Below are positions 37,698-46,189 of a stretch of DNA of 64,000 bases, one piece after another. The translations under genes and the position numbers were made by a program. This stretch comes from Candidatus Harrisonbacteria bacterium. GTDB taxonomy: Bacteria; Patescibacteriota; Minisyncoccia; UBA6257; WO2-44-18. Under the pieces are notes generated by a model that was not told the DNA's origin, searched no databases, and saw only the letters and a program-made list of their open reading frames with translations. How positions within the stretch are numbered: the first letter of the stretch is position 1; the number at the start of each line of letters is the position of its first letter. The stretch is from positions 9,298 to 73,297 of the forward strand of contig JACOXP010000006.1 of assembly GCA_016182295.1 (NCBI GenBank), given 5' to 3'.

Positions 37698-37767
37698 TAT
37701 GAGTACAATAGCTTTTACTTTTGGCTTCACTTCTATAACTTAGATGTTTCGGATTTGGTTTCGTAAG

Positions 37768-38085
37768 TTATTTTTGGAAAGTTTTGAGATAGCTAAACAT
37801 AGCTCTTCCTAAATCTCTTAAAATTAGCGCCCCAACGCTCAAAATGAGCATAATAAATATCTGAACGGCGATGTTGGTCTGCAGGAAAGCGCCTAAAAGA
37901 TACTTGGCAAATTCCCAGATATTGGAATCAGAGGCGATTGAGGCATTCTCAATAATTTTTCCAAGAAAGATTTTTCCGGCAAGCAATTTCAAAACGATAA
38001 TCAAAACCGCGACTTGAATCAGAATTAAGGGTAAGATGCGACGTAAAAACCAAATGGTATAAATTTTCCAGAGAAGTTTATTCAT
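37768..38085 (-). CDS. Small membrane protein, anti-sigma factor candidate
   Basis: 105 aa, 2-3 TM helices; start overlaps the stop of the ECF sigma factor gene (operon partner). Confidence 0.4.
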   Translation of the reverse strand: MNKLLWKIYTIWFLRRILPLILIQVAVLIIVLKLLAGKIFLGKIIENASIASDSNIWEFAKYLLGAFLQTNIAVQIFIMLILSVGALILRDLGRAMFSYLKTFQK

Positions 38086-38657
38086 TGTATTGAATCAGCG
38101 CTCAAATTCTTAAACAACCGTTTAGCCCTGAAAAGTCGCATTTTAAGGGTGGTCATGGAAATTTTTTCCAACTTGCAGATATCCTTATATGATTTGTCTT
38201 CAAGATAATAAAATCCGAGAATTCTGCCGAGGTGTTCTGGCATTTTTTCAATGACTGCCTTGACTGCCGCTTTGGCGTCGGAAACCGCGCCCAAATTATC
38301 ATCGTAGCTTAACGGTTTTTCTTCGTCGTAAAGAACGGGATCAAGATATTCCGTTGAATCAGATCGTTTTTTGACGTCTTGATATCGCGTAAAAGCGGTA
38401 TTCATTAAAATTTTGTATGCCCAGCTCTTGAATTCTATACCGGCTCTCTTTTGGAAGTTCTTGCCGTATTTATAAATTTTAACGAAGGTTTCTTGAACAA
38501 TATCTTCAGCGTCTTCTTGTCTTCGAACAATTCCCATCGCTTTGCGAATAAAAGGATCCTGATAGCGGGCAACCAGGAATTTAAATTGAGACGGATCGCG
38601 AAATGATTGGCGCAAAATCTCCTCGTCTGGGGCTTCGGGATTCATGGCCAATACCAT
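38082..38657 (-). CDS. ECF-type RNA polymerase sigma-70 family factor
   Basis: Region 2 (DIVQETFVKIYKY) and region 4 HTH (SYKDICKLEKISMTTLKMRLFRAKRL). Confidence 0.8.
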   Translation of the reverse strand: MVLAMNPEAPDEEILRQSFRDPSQFKFLVARYQDPFIRKAMGIVRRQEDAEDIVQETFVKIYKYGKNFQKRAGIEFKSWAYKILMNTAFTRYQDVKKRSDSTEYLDPVLYDEEKPLSYDDNLGAVSDAKAAVKAVIEKMPEHLGRILGFYYLEDKSYKDICKLEKISMTTLKMRLFRAKRLFKNLSADSIQ

Positions 38658-38720
38658 AACAATTTTTTATCAATTGGGCAACTTATTTACTTATAGTCGA
38701 GTTCTATTAAGATAAGTCAC

Positions 38721-39842
38721 ATGAACCCAGAAACTATTTGGTCAAAAATTCAAAAGGGAGTTTTTATAATCGCCGAGGCCGGGAAGAATTTTATTCAGAC
38801 AGAAGAGGACCGGCCGGTAGAGGAATATTTGAAAAACGCGATGCGATTAGTTGACGAAGCGGCGAAAGCCGGAGCGGACGCGATTAAATTCCAAACGCAT
38901 AATGTGGAAGATGAAGTGCTTAATATCGACTTTACCTCGCCCCATTTCAATAAAAAGGGAAGCGATCGATATACTTGGGTGACTCGCAATACCAAAGCGA
39001 CACCCGTGGATAAATTTTGGAGACCGCTTAAAGAATATTGTGATCAGAAAGGTATTGTTTTTTTCTCCACGCCGATGTCCAAGGGGGCGGCGAAGATTTT
39101 AAACGAAGCAGGCGTGAATCTTTGGAAAATCGGCTCCGGAGATATTTTAGATTTTGTGTTATTGGATTATCTGCGGCAAAGCGGAAAACCGATCATTATC
39201 TCATCGGGCATGAGTACCTTGGAGGAAGTGGAACAAGCGGTGAAATTTCTTCGCGAAAAAAACGATAAGGTGGCTTTGCTGCATTGCGTTTCCAAATATC
39301 CTTGCCCGCCCGAAGAACTTCATTTAAAGACGATTGATTTATACAAAGAAAAATTTGATATGCCTATCGGTTTTTCTGACCACTCTATTGGAATCGAGCC
39401 CGATTTGGTGGCGGTAGCGATGGGGGCGACGATTTTGGAAAAGCATTTTTCCATGGCCAGAACTTTATGGGGTTCTGATCATAAAGTTTCCATGACGCCT
39501 CAAGAATTATCGGATTTAGTCAGCGGCGTAAAAAAAGTTATTAACGACGCCGGCGAAAGGCAGAAAGTATTAAATGGCGATTTTGCTAAAAGGGGAATGG
39601 GCAGCAAAACCAAAGTTTTACAAGAAGGAGAAGCGGTCTTCCGGCCATTATTTAGAAAATCCTTGATGGCCGGTCAAGATATTCCGGCGGGAACGGTGAT
39701 TACGGCAGAGATGGTTTACGCGATGCGCCCCCAGCAGTATGCTGGCGGCTTGCCATCTGAAAGATATGAAGATGTAATCGGTAAAAAAACCTCCAAAGCT
39801 TTAAAAAAATTCGACCCTCTTATTCAGGGCAACTTGGCTTAA
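38721..39842 (+). CDS. N-acetylneuraminate/nonulosonate synthase (NeuB/LegI/PseI family) with C-terminal SAF domain
   Basis: FIIAEAGKNF...AIKFQTH N-terminal TIM-barrel motifs and a C-terminal antifreeze-like (SAF) domain typical of NeuB. Confidence 0.8.
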   Translation: MNPETIWSKIQKGVFIIAEAGKNFIQTEEDRPVEEYLKNAMRLVDEAAKAGADAIKFQTHNVEDEVLNIDFTSPHFNKKGSDRYTWVTRNTKATPVDKFWRPLKEYCDQKGIVFFSTPMSKGAAKILNEAGVNLWKIGSGDILDFVLLDYLRQSGKPIIISSGMSTLEEVEQAVKFLREKNDKVALLHCVSKYPCPPEELHLKTIDLYKEKFDMPIGFSDHSIGIEPDLVAVAMGATILEKHFSMARTLWGSDHKVSMTPQELSDLVSGVKKVINDAGERQKVLNGDFAKRGMGSKTKVLQEGEAVFRPLFRKSLMAGQDIPAGTVITAEMVYAMRPQQYAGGLPSERYEDVIGKKTSKALKKFDPLIQGNLA

Positions 39843-39931
39843 ATAAAAATCCCGACCTTGACCATTTTTTGTTTTTTTGGTATCTTCTTTGCGTTGCAGT
39901 TCTTTCCAAAATCTATTTTAATGGAGGTTGT

Positions 39932-41080
39932 ATGACCAGGGTTCTTTTCGTGGCGGAGATGGCGGGGACGGTCAATGCTTTGATGAAGCCGTTGGGGTCC
40001 TCGGATTTTGATGTGTCGTTCGTGGCGAACGACGTCGCGCTTTCGATGCTCCAAAAAAGGGACATCGTTTGCCATACGTTCGAGGATGATCCAAGCAAAG
40101 TGATTGCCGGAGCTCGTCCGGACATGGTGCTTACTGGCATCAGCGCTTTTGAGCGCGGCAATCCGAAATGGAGCGGCCTCGAACTGAAGTACGCGCTAGC
40201 GGCGATGGACGCCGGAATTCCGGTGGCGATGTATCGGGATTGGCTTGGAATTGCCGCTTGGGCGAAAGAAGCCACGCAGCATCCGCGAGCCGGACAATTG
40301 CTTCATTTCTTGACCTTTGATCGGGGCACGGCTTACGCCATTCGCAAAGCGGAATGGATTTATCGGGACGTGCGCGCGGTGGGGTCTTCGTACAACGAAG
40401 ACATTTTCCAAAAAGCGACCCGCATTGAGCGCGCAACATTGCGCCAGAGACTCGGACTAAAAGCCGATGACCTGCTGGTTGTTGTGAACAGCGGTGCGGA
40501 TTCCAAGCGCGTTTTGGAAATTTTGGAGCCAGCGGTTCAAGGCCTATTGGCTCAATCGAGTTCCCGCGTTGTGTTCGCGCCGACCTTTCATCCCAAAGAC
40601 AAAGACGCGCCGTTTTACGTTGATGATCGGAAAAACTTCGTCGCTCGCGCCTCGGCTCCGTATGATCCCGTTCTTCAGCGCTTGTCCGGCAAAGTTCGGA
40701 CGATTTTCGAGCCAATCATTCGCAGCTGCATTCAGGATCCGCAGGAACGAGTGGCGGCGGCGGATTTCATTGTGATGAACCCGCTTTCGACCGATGTGCC
40801 GACTGCCATTTTTCTTGGCATTCCGATGGTCATTCCGTTCCTGCCATTGACAGCCGAGTCAGCCCGCAGTGGCATGATCGATCCGGAGAAGTATGATTAC
40901 ATCTTGAACGGAATGGCGGATTCGGTTTTCACCGGCGAAGACCTGGAACATTACATGTCGGCTCTTAGTGACCGGTATGAGGAAATCGCGGTTCGTCAGC
41001 GGGCCGAGCAGAAAAAACTGAAACCGACCGCTGATACCGAAGTAATCATCCAGGCGATCAAGACAGTTGCCACCTCCTAA
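39932..41080 (+). CDS. GC-rich divergent member of the HP-motif GT-B-like family (candidate horizontally acquired)
   Basis: Markedly higher GC (roughly mid-50s %) than flanking DNA. GGAGG Shine-Dalgarno 5-9 nt upstream of the ATG. TFHPKD motif and overall length resemble the three HP-motif paralogs. Confidence 0.5.
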   Translation: MTRVLFVAEMAGTVNALMKPLGSSDFDVSFVANDVALSMLQKRDIVCHTFEDDPSKVIAGARPDMVLTGISAFERGNPKWSGLELKYALAAMDAGIPVAMYRDWLGIAAWAKEATQHPRAGQLLHFLTFDRGTAYAIRKAEWIYRDVRAVGSSYNEDIFQKATRIERATLRQRLGLKADDLLVVVNSGADSKRVLEILEPAVQGLLAQSSSRVVFAPTFHPKDKDAPFYVDDRKNFVARASAPYDPVLQRLSGKVRTIFEPIIRSCIQDPQERVAAADFIVMNPLSTDVPTAIFLGIPMVIPFLPLTAESARSGMIDPEKYDYILNGMADSVFTGEDLEHYMSALSDRYEEIAVRQRAEQKKLKPTADTEVIIQAIKTVATS

Positions 41081-41095
41081 TTCACAAGGGTTTAT

Positions 41096-41146
41096 ACCCC
41101 CGCACTAAACGGACAAAACCGTTATAGCGCGGGGGTTTATTTTTTA
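41096..41146 (+). terminator. Rho-independent terminator
   Basis: cccccgc ... gcggggg stem (with an inner aacgg/ccgtt stem) followed by TTTATTTTTT. Confidence 0.7.
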
Positions 41147-41214
41147 ACCTTTTTAATTTAAGCTTATTTGATACAAGAAACGAGTTTACAATAAATCAGG
41201 TTTTAGTAATAAAT

Positions 41215-42099
41215 ATGCAAAATCCCAAAATTGGCATTGTTGGAGTTGGTTGGGTGGGCGCCCAGCTCAAAAGATACTTTGAAGAATTTAGAGGATATAA
41301 ATCCGGAGAAGATCTTTTTGCTTATGATATTGATCCGAAAAAATGTGTTGGCGATCTCAATAAAGCCGACATTATTTTTCTTACTGTTCCGACGCCGCGC
41401 GATCCGCAGACCGGTGTTTGCGACACCTCAATTGTTGATAGCGCGATTAAAAAAATTCCAGGAGAAAAAATCATCGTTATCAAATCAACCGTTCCTCCAG
41501 GCACTACCGAACGTTTGCAAAAAGAACACCCGCAACATAAAATGCTTTTTAATCCGGAATTTTTGAGCGAAAAAACCGCCTGGCATGATATGTTGCGTCC
41601 CGATCGGCAGATTGTCGGTTTTACCGAAAAAAGCATGGACGCCGCTCATTTAGTCCTATCTCTATTGCCGAAGGCGCCTTTTATGTCGCCTTGGGGCGTA
41701 AGTACGTACCAGCAGACCAGAATCGCAGCTACTGAAGCGGAATTGATTAAATACGCCGGTAATGTTTATTTTGCCCAAAAAGTTAATTGGGCGAACGCCT
41801 TGGCCGCGGTATCCGAGAAACTCGGCGCCAATTATGAAAATGTGCGAAAGGGTATGTCAGCCGATCACCGGATTGGCGATTCTCATCTTGATGTCACTCA
41901 CGGCGGTTACCGAGGTTTTGGCGGATATTGCTTCCCCAAAGACCTTTCTGCTTTTATGGCGTTTGCTAAAGAGCAGGGGCTTCATAATGTCCACGATCTT
42001 TTAAAAGCGGCATGGGATTTTAACGGCAGATTGCTGGAATCACAGGGTTTGACTTATGATGATGTGAGTAGACACATCGATGAGTTCAAGCAATCTTAA
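41215..42099 (+). CDS. UDP-glucose/GDP-mannose dehydrogenase family protein lacking the C-terminal UDP-sugar domain
   Basis: N-terminal NAD domain (KIGIVGVGWVGAQL, KSTVPPGTT), central domain NPEFL and GGYCFPKD catalytic-Cys region, but only about 40 aa follow the Cys before the stop. Confidence 0.6.
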   Translation: MQNPKIGIVGVGWVGAQLKRYFEEFRGYKSGEDLFAYDIDPKKCVGDLNKADIIFLTVPTPRDPQTGVCDTSIVDSAIKKIPGEKIIVIKSTVPPGTTERLQKEHPQHKMLFNPEFLSEKTAWHDMLRPDRQIVGFTEKSMDAAHLVLSLLPKAPFMSPWGVSTYQQTRIAATEAELIKYAGNVYFAQKVNWANALAAVSEKLGANYENVRKGMSADHRIGDSHLDVTHGGYRGFGGYCFPKDLSAFMAFAKEQGLHNVHDLLKAAWDFNGRLLESQGLTYDDVSRHIDEFKQS

Positions 42100-44230
42100 A
42101 AATTACTATATTTGGGGCATTAAAGCCCTGGTTTTTATAATTCCATTTTTGTCCGTTTGGATTGCCACCTCAATGTATTTTCCATACATTACGGGACGGA
42201 ATTTTGGTTTTCGGATTTTAGTTGAAGTAGCGTTGGTTCTTTACATAGCCTTGGCGATTCTTGATAAACGATATCGTCCGCGAATGAATTTGCTTTCTTG
42301 GGCGATTCTAGTTTTCGTTGGCATTGTCGGCATCGCTGATTTATTCGGTGTGGATCCGATGCGTAGCCTCTGGTCTAACTATGAGCGAATGGAGGGTTAT
42401 ATTACAATTCTGCATCTCGGCGCTTATTTTTTTGTTTTGACTAATTTGTTCAGAAGCAAGAAAGAGTGGCTGGTTTTTTTTAGAGTTTTTTTAGCCGCCG
42501 GCCTATGGGTGGGTATATATGGAGTGCTTCAGATTTTTGGGGTTAAAGAAGCAATCCAAGGAAATGGCGCTCGTATTGATGGAACAATTGGCAATCCAAC
42601 TTATTTAGCAGTCTATTTAACCTTGATTATAGGCCTTAGTTTGATATTGTTTTTTAATACGCAAAGCCGCAGTTGGAAATATTTCTACGGGTCAATAATC
42701 GCCTTTCTGATTTCTATAATGTTTTTTACGGCAAGTCGAGGCGCCGCATTAGCTTGGGCAATTGCCGTGCCGCTCTTTTTAATTTTATATCTCTGGCTTT
42801 TCCGCAAGGAAAAAGGCGGCGAAAAAGTAAGAAAAATTATGATCGGTATTCTGATCGCCATGGTAATAGCGCCCCCTTTATTTTTGTTAATAAAAAACCA
42901 GTCGTGGGTTAGAGAGCACCCGGTTCTTTCTCGTTTCACTCAAATTTCGTTTCAAGAAAGAACCACCCGTTCTCGTTTTATGATTTGGGGAATGGGCGCG
43001 CAAGGGTTTTTAGAGCGCCCGCTTCTTGGTTGGGGGCAGGAAAATTATCTTCAAGTTTTTTCCAAATATTACAACCCAAGTCTTTATGATCAGGAGCCGT
43101 GGTTTGACCGCTCGCATAATATAGTTTTTGATTGGTTGATAAACGCTGGCATTTTGGGTCTGTTGGCTTATCTTTCGCTCTTCACGACTTACTACGTATT
43201 GTTTGCTCGCGGTTGGAAGTCCGGTAAAGTCGGCAAGAAAGAAGGACTTGTTTTATTGGTTCTGCCCATCGCTTATTTTATTCAGAATCTTTTCGTTTTC
43301 GACAATATCAACACCTATATCATCTTCTTTACACTTCTTGCCTACGTGAATAACTGGGAGTCCGAGTCGATTGTTGAGCGTAGGGATAGGGTAATTGCAG
43401 AAATTAAACCGTCCTTAATCGCTCTTGCTGTTAGCGGATTAATTGCTTTGCCTATCGTTTATTTAGCTAACGTCAAACCCGCTTTACAAGCGAGGTCAAT
43501 TATCAGTGGTTTAGCCGCTACTTCCAGCAGTAAAGATCCCGTTGGCGAAACCCTTAGCGCTTTTGAGAAAGCTTTATCTTACAACACTTTTGGCAATGGT
43601 GAAGCGCTTGAACAGCTCGGTAGAGTAACCAGAAACTTACTCGACCAAGACGTTCCCAATCAAATTAAAACCCGTTTTATTAATTATCTAGTCCCCAAAA
43701 TCGAAGAATATTTAAAAAAACATCCTAACGATATTCGAATTCATCTTTTTATTGCCGATATCTATCAATCAGCCATTAATATCGATGAATCTTATGTGCT
43801 TAAAGCTCGCGAACATTTTGAAGCGGCCTTAGCGCTTAGTCCCCAAAAACAGCAAATCCTTACGGCGCTCGCCAACAATTTTTTGTTTACCGGCGAAAGT
43901 GAAAAATCTTTTGAGCTTTTACGCAAAGCTATTGATGTTGAGCCATCCAACATAGAAGCTCATGGAAATTATGCGATTTATGCGGTTTTGGCTAGTCGCA
44001 ACGATCTCGTTGCGGAAGAAATCGCGGAAATGAATCGCCTCCAGAAAAACTTGGAGAAGCGAGGCGAATCCGCCTTCAACGATTACCTCGATCAACTTAA
44101 AAGAATCGCTGAAATTTATCGACGGGTTGATCAGATACAAAATGCCATTATTATTTATCAAGAATTGATTAGACTTTCTCCGACCAATGTTAATTTCCAG
44201 ACTGCCTTAAAAGAATTACAGTCAAAATAA
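42080..44230 (+). CDS. O-antigen ligase/polymerase-like (Wzy_C) membrane protein with C-terminal TPR repeats
   Basis: About 12 TM helices with FFTASRGAALAWAIAVPLF (Wzy_C periplasmic loop motif); C-terminal 250 aa of TPR-like repeats. Confidence 0.7.
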   Translation: MSSSNLKNYYIWGIKALVFIIPFLSVWIATSMYFPYITGRNFGFRILVEVALVLYIALAILDKRYRPRMNLLSWAILVFVGIVGIADLFGVDPMRSLWSNYERMEGYITILHLGAYFFVLTNLFRSKKEWLVFFRVFLAAGLWVGIYGVLQIFGVKEAIQGNGARIDGTIGNPTYLAVYLTLIIGLSLILFFNTQSRSWKYFYGSIIAFLISIMFFTASRGAALAWAIAVPLFLILYLWLFRKEKGGEKVRKIMIGILIAMVIAPPLFLLIKNQSWVREHPVLSRFTQISFQERTTRSRFMIWGMGAQGFLERPLLGWGQENYLQVFSKYYNPSLYDQEPWFDRSHNIVFDWLINAGILGLLAYLSLFTTYYVLFARGWKSGKVGKKEGLVLLVLPIAYFIQNLFVFDNINTYIIFFTLLAYVNNWESESIVERRDRVIAEIKPSLIALAVSGLIALPIVYLANVKPALQARSIISGLAATSSSKDPVGETLSAFEKALSYNTFGNGEALEQLGRVTRNLLDQDVPNQIKTRFINYLVPKIEEYLKKHPNDIRIHLFIADIYQSAINIDESYVLKAREHFEAALALSPQKQQILTALANNFLFTGESEKSFELLRKAIDVEPSNIEAHGNYAIYAVLASRNDLVAEEIAEMNRLQKNLEKRGESAFNDYLDQLKRIAEIYRRVDQIQNAIIIYQELIRLSPTNVNFQTALKELQSK

Positions 44231-44235
44231 CGCAA

Positions 44236-44937
44236 ATGAAAGCGATAATTTTAGCAGGTGGATTAGGAACGCGGCTTCATCCGGTTACTTTGGAAACTCC
44301 CAAAGCTCTTTTGACGGTAAAAAGGAAACCAATAATCAATTATTTAATAGAACTTTTTACCCGTCACGGCATTAAAGACATCGCTGTGCTTGCTAATAGC
44401 GCCCAAAAGGACGATTTCCATTGGTGGCAGAAGAGACATAAAAAAAACTTGCCAAAAACCCTAAAAATAAAATGGGAACCGCGGCTTCGAGGAACTTTTG
44501 GAGGTATTCGCGAGCTTCAGCGAGAATTGAAAGAGCCGTTTATTCTTACCAATGGCGACGAGATAAAAGATTTTGATTTGGAAAAACTTTTGAAGTTTCA
44601 CAAAAATCATCGCTATCAGCCGCACGCCACCATCGCCCTTGTAAAAGTTCCCGACCCCCGCGCTTACGGAGTGCCGGTTATGCAAGGCGATGAGATAAAA
44701 ATGTTTTTAGAGAAACCGGAGAATCCTCCGACAAAGTACATTTCCTCCGGCCTTTACGTATTAGAGCCAGAGGTCTTTGATTACGCCGATTGGAAAAAAG
44801 ATTTTTTGATGATTGAAAAAGATATTTTTCCGAAAATCGCCGAAAAAAGAAAATTGATTGGTTATAAAGTTCCAAAAGGCAAATGGCTTGATTGCGGCAC
44901 TCTGGACCGTTGGGCCAGCGCTATCCGAGAGCTTTAA
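44236..44937 (+). CDS. Sugar-1-phosphate nucleotidyltransferase
   Basis: MKAIILAGGLGTRLHPVTLETPKALL is the canonical NTP-transferase N-terminus. Confidence 0.8.
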   Translation: MKAIILAGGLGTRLHPVTLETPKALLTVKRKPIINYLIELFTRHGIKDIAVLANSAQKDDFHWWQKRHKKNLPKTLKIKWEPRLRGTFGGIRELQRELKEPFILTNGDEIKDFDLEKLLKFHKNHRYQPHATIALVKVPDPRAYGVPVMQGDEIKMFLEKPENPPTKYISSGLYVLEPEVFDYADWKKDFLMIEKDIFPKIAEKRKLIGYKVPKGKWLDCGTLDRWASAIREL

Positions 44938-46189
44938 TTTGGCGGGCTTTTCGCCAAATCAAGGCGTTGGTTAGCAGTTGCGTGATTATCGTGGAAACAG
45001 CGGCGCCTTCTATGCCGAACGGCGGAATCAGCAATAAATTAAAAGCCACATTGCCAAACGCCGCCGCGCCCACGAAAGTTACAAATGATTTTTGGTGGTC
45101 ATAGGCAAAAATGGCATTTCCCAAAAGTGTTGATGGGTAGACAACCGCCACCGTAAGAATTAAAAGCTGAAAAGTAACGACAGCCGGCAAATATTCCGCG
45201 CCGAAGAGCAAGTTAATAATTGGAGTCGCGAGCGCCACGCCAGCGATTACGATAGGAATAGAAAAAATAACTACCCTTTTGACATATTTTTTCAGAATTA
45301 TGTTTGCCTCGGCAATGTTCTGTTTAACCAGTCTGGTTAAAATCGGAAAAATACTTGAAGCGAGCAAACTAGGCAATATGTAAAGCAACTGTATTGGTTT
45401 CTGAGCGGCGGAATAAAAACCCACTTCCTCTGCTGTCCGGAGCCAACCAAGCATAATAATGTCCGTGTTGAGCATTATCGCCCCCATTAAACCCATCAGG
45501 CCAAATGGCCAAGCGGTGGAGATAATTGGTTTGATTAGTTCTTTTCTGAAGTTTCCTATAAGGTTGCGGAAATGCGATCGCAACACGAATAAAATCGCGA
45601 GCAAACCTATGCCGCTGCCGGCGGCATAAGCAAAAGCTAAAGAGTAACTGCTGGGATTAAGCGTTAGAAAAATAAATCCCAAGATGACAATGGCAAAATT
45701 GGTCAAGACGTGGATGCCCGCTTCAATTTCCATTTTTTCCAGAGCGCGGGAGACTGCCGATCCGAGATCCCGCAAAGTATCAAAAGCAAAAACAAAAATC
45801 AAAATCGGCATGATCATCGCTGCTTCCTCGATATTTGTTAGATAAGGGAAAAAAGCGATTACCCCCAAAACCAATATTAGAAGAAGACCCAATTTGGTGA
45901 AAAAAGCAGTGGAAAGATAACGATCTTTTAATTCCGGATTGCGCGACGCTTCTTTGGTAATAAGAGCGTTAATGCCGATGTCGGAAAAAATTGTCAGAAA
46001 AGCGGCAATTCCAAGAGCGTAAGAAAAAGCTCCCCAACCGGCGGCTCCCAACGCTCGAGCGGCGTAAATTACAATCGCCGCTCGCAAGAGACGGCCAACT
46101 ATTTGTCCGGAAAAAAGCCAAAAAGTGTTTTTAGCGATTGTTTGGGAAATCGTTTGGTTTTTAAAAAGCCAATCTAAAAAAAAGCGCAT
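44921..46189 (-). CDS. Wzx-like polysaccharide flippase (PST/MOP superfamily)
   Basis: 422 aa, about 12 TM helices, lysine/arginine-poor loops, family-typical N-terminus (TFWLFSGQIVGRLL). Immediately downstream of, and co-directional with, the sugar transferase. Confidence 0.65.
   Translation of the reverse strand: MRFFLDWLFKNQTISQTIAKNTFWLFSGQIVGRLLRAAIVIYAARALGAAGWGAFSYALGIAAFLTIFSDIGINALITKEASRNPELKDRYLSTAFFTKLGLLLILVLGVIAFFPYLTNIEEAAMIMPILIFVFAFDTLRDLGSAVSRALEKMEIEAGIHVLTNFAIVILGFIFLTLNPSSYSLAFAYAAGSGIGLLAILFVLRSHFRNLIGNFRKELIKPIISTAWPFGLMGLMGAIMLNTDIIMLGWLRTAEEVGFYSAAQKPIQLLYILPSLLASSIFPILTRLVKQNIAEANIILKKYVKRVVIFSIPIVIAGVALATPIINLLFGAEYLPAVVTFQLLILTVAVVYPSTLLGNAIFAYDHQKSFVTFVGAAAFGNVAFNLLLIPPFGIEGAAVSTIITQLLTNALIWRKARQIKALG

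Noticed and set aside
39839-40715. Long minus-strand ORFs (78, 120, 191, 71 aa) antisense to 39932-41080
   Set aside because: These are typical stop-codon-poor antisense frames of GC-rich DNA (Arg/Ser/Pro-rich translations), with no motifs. They are explained by the GC island.
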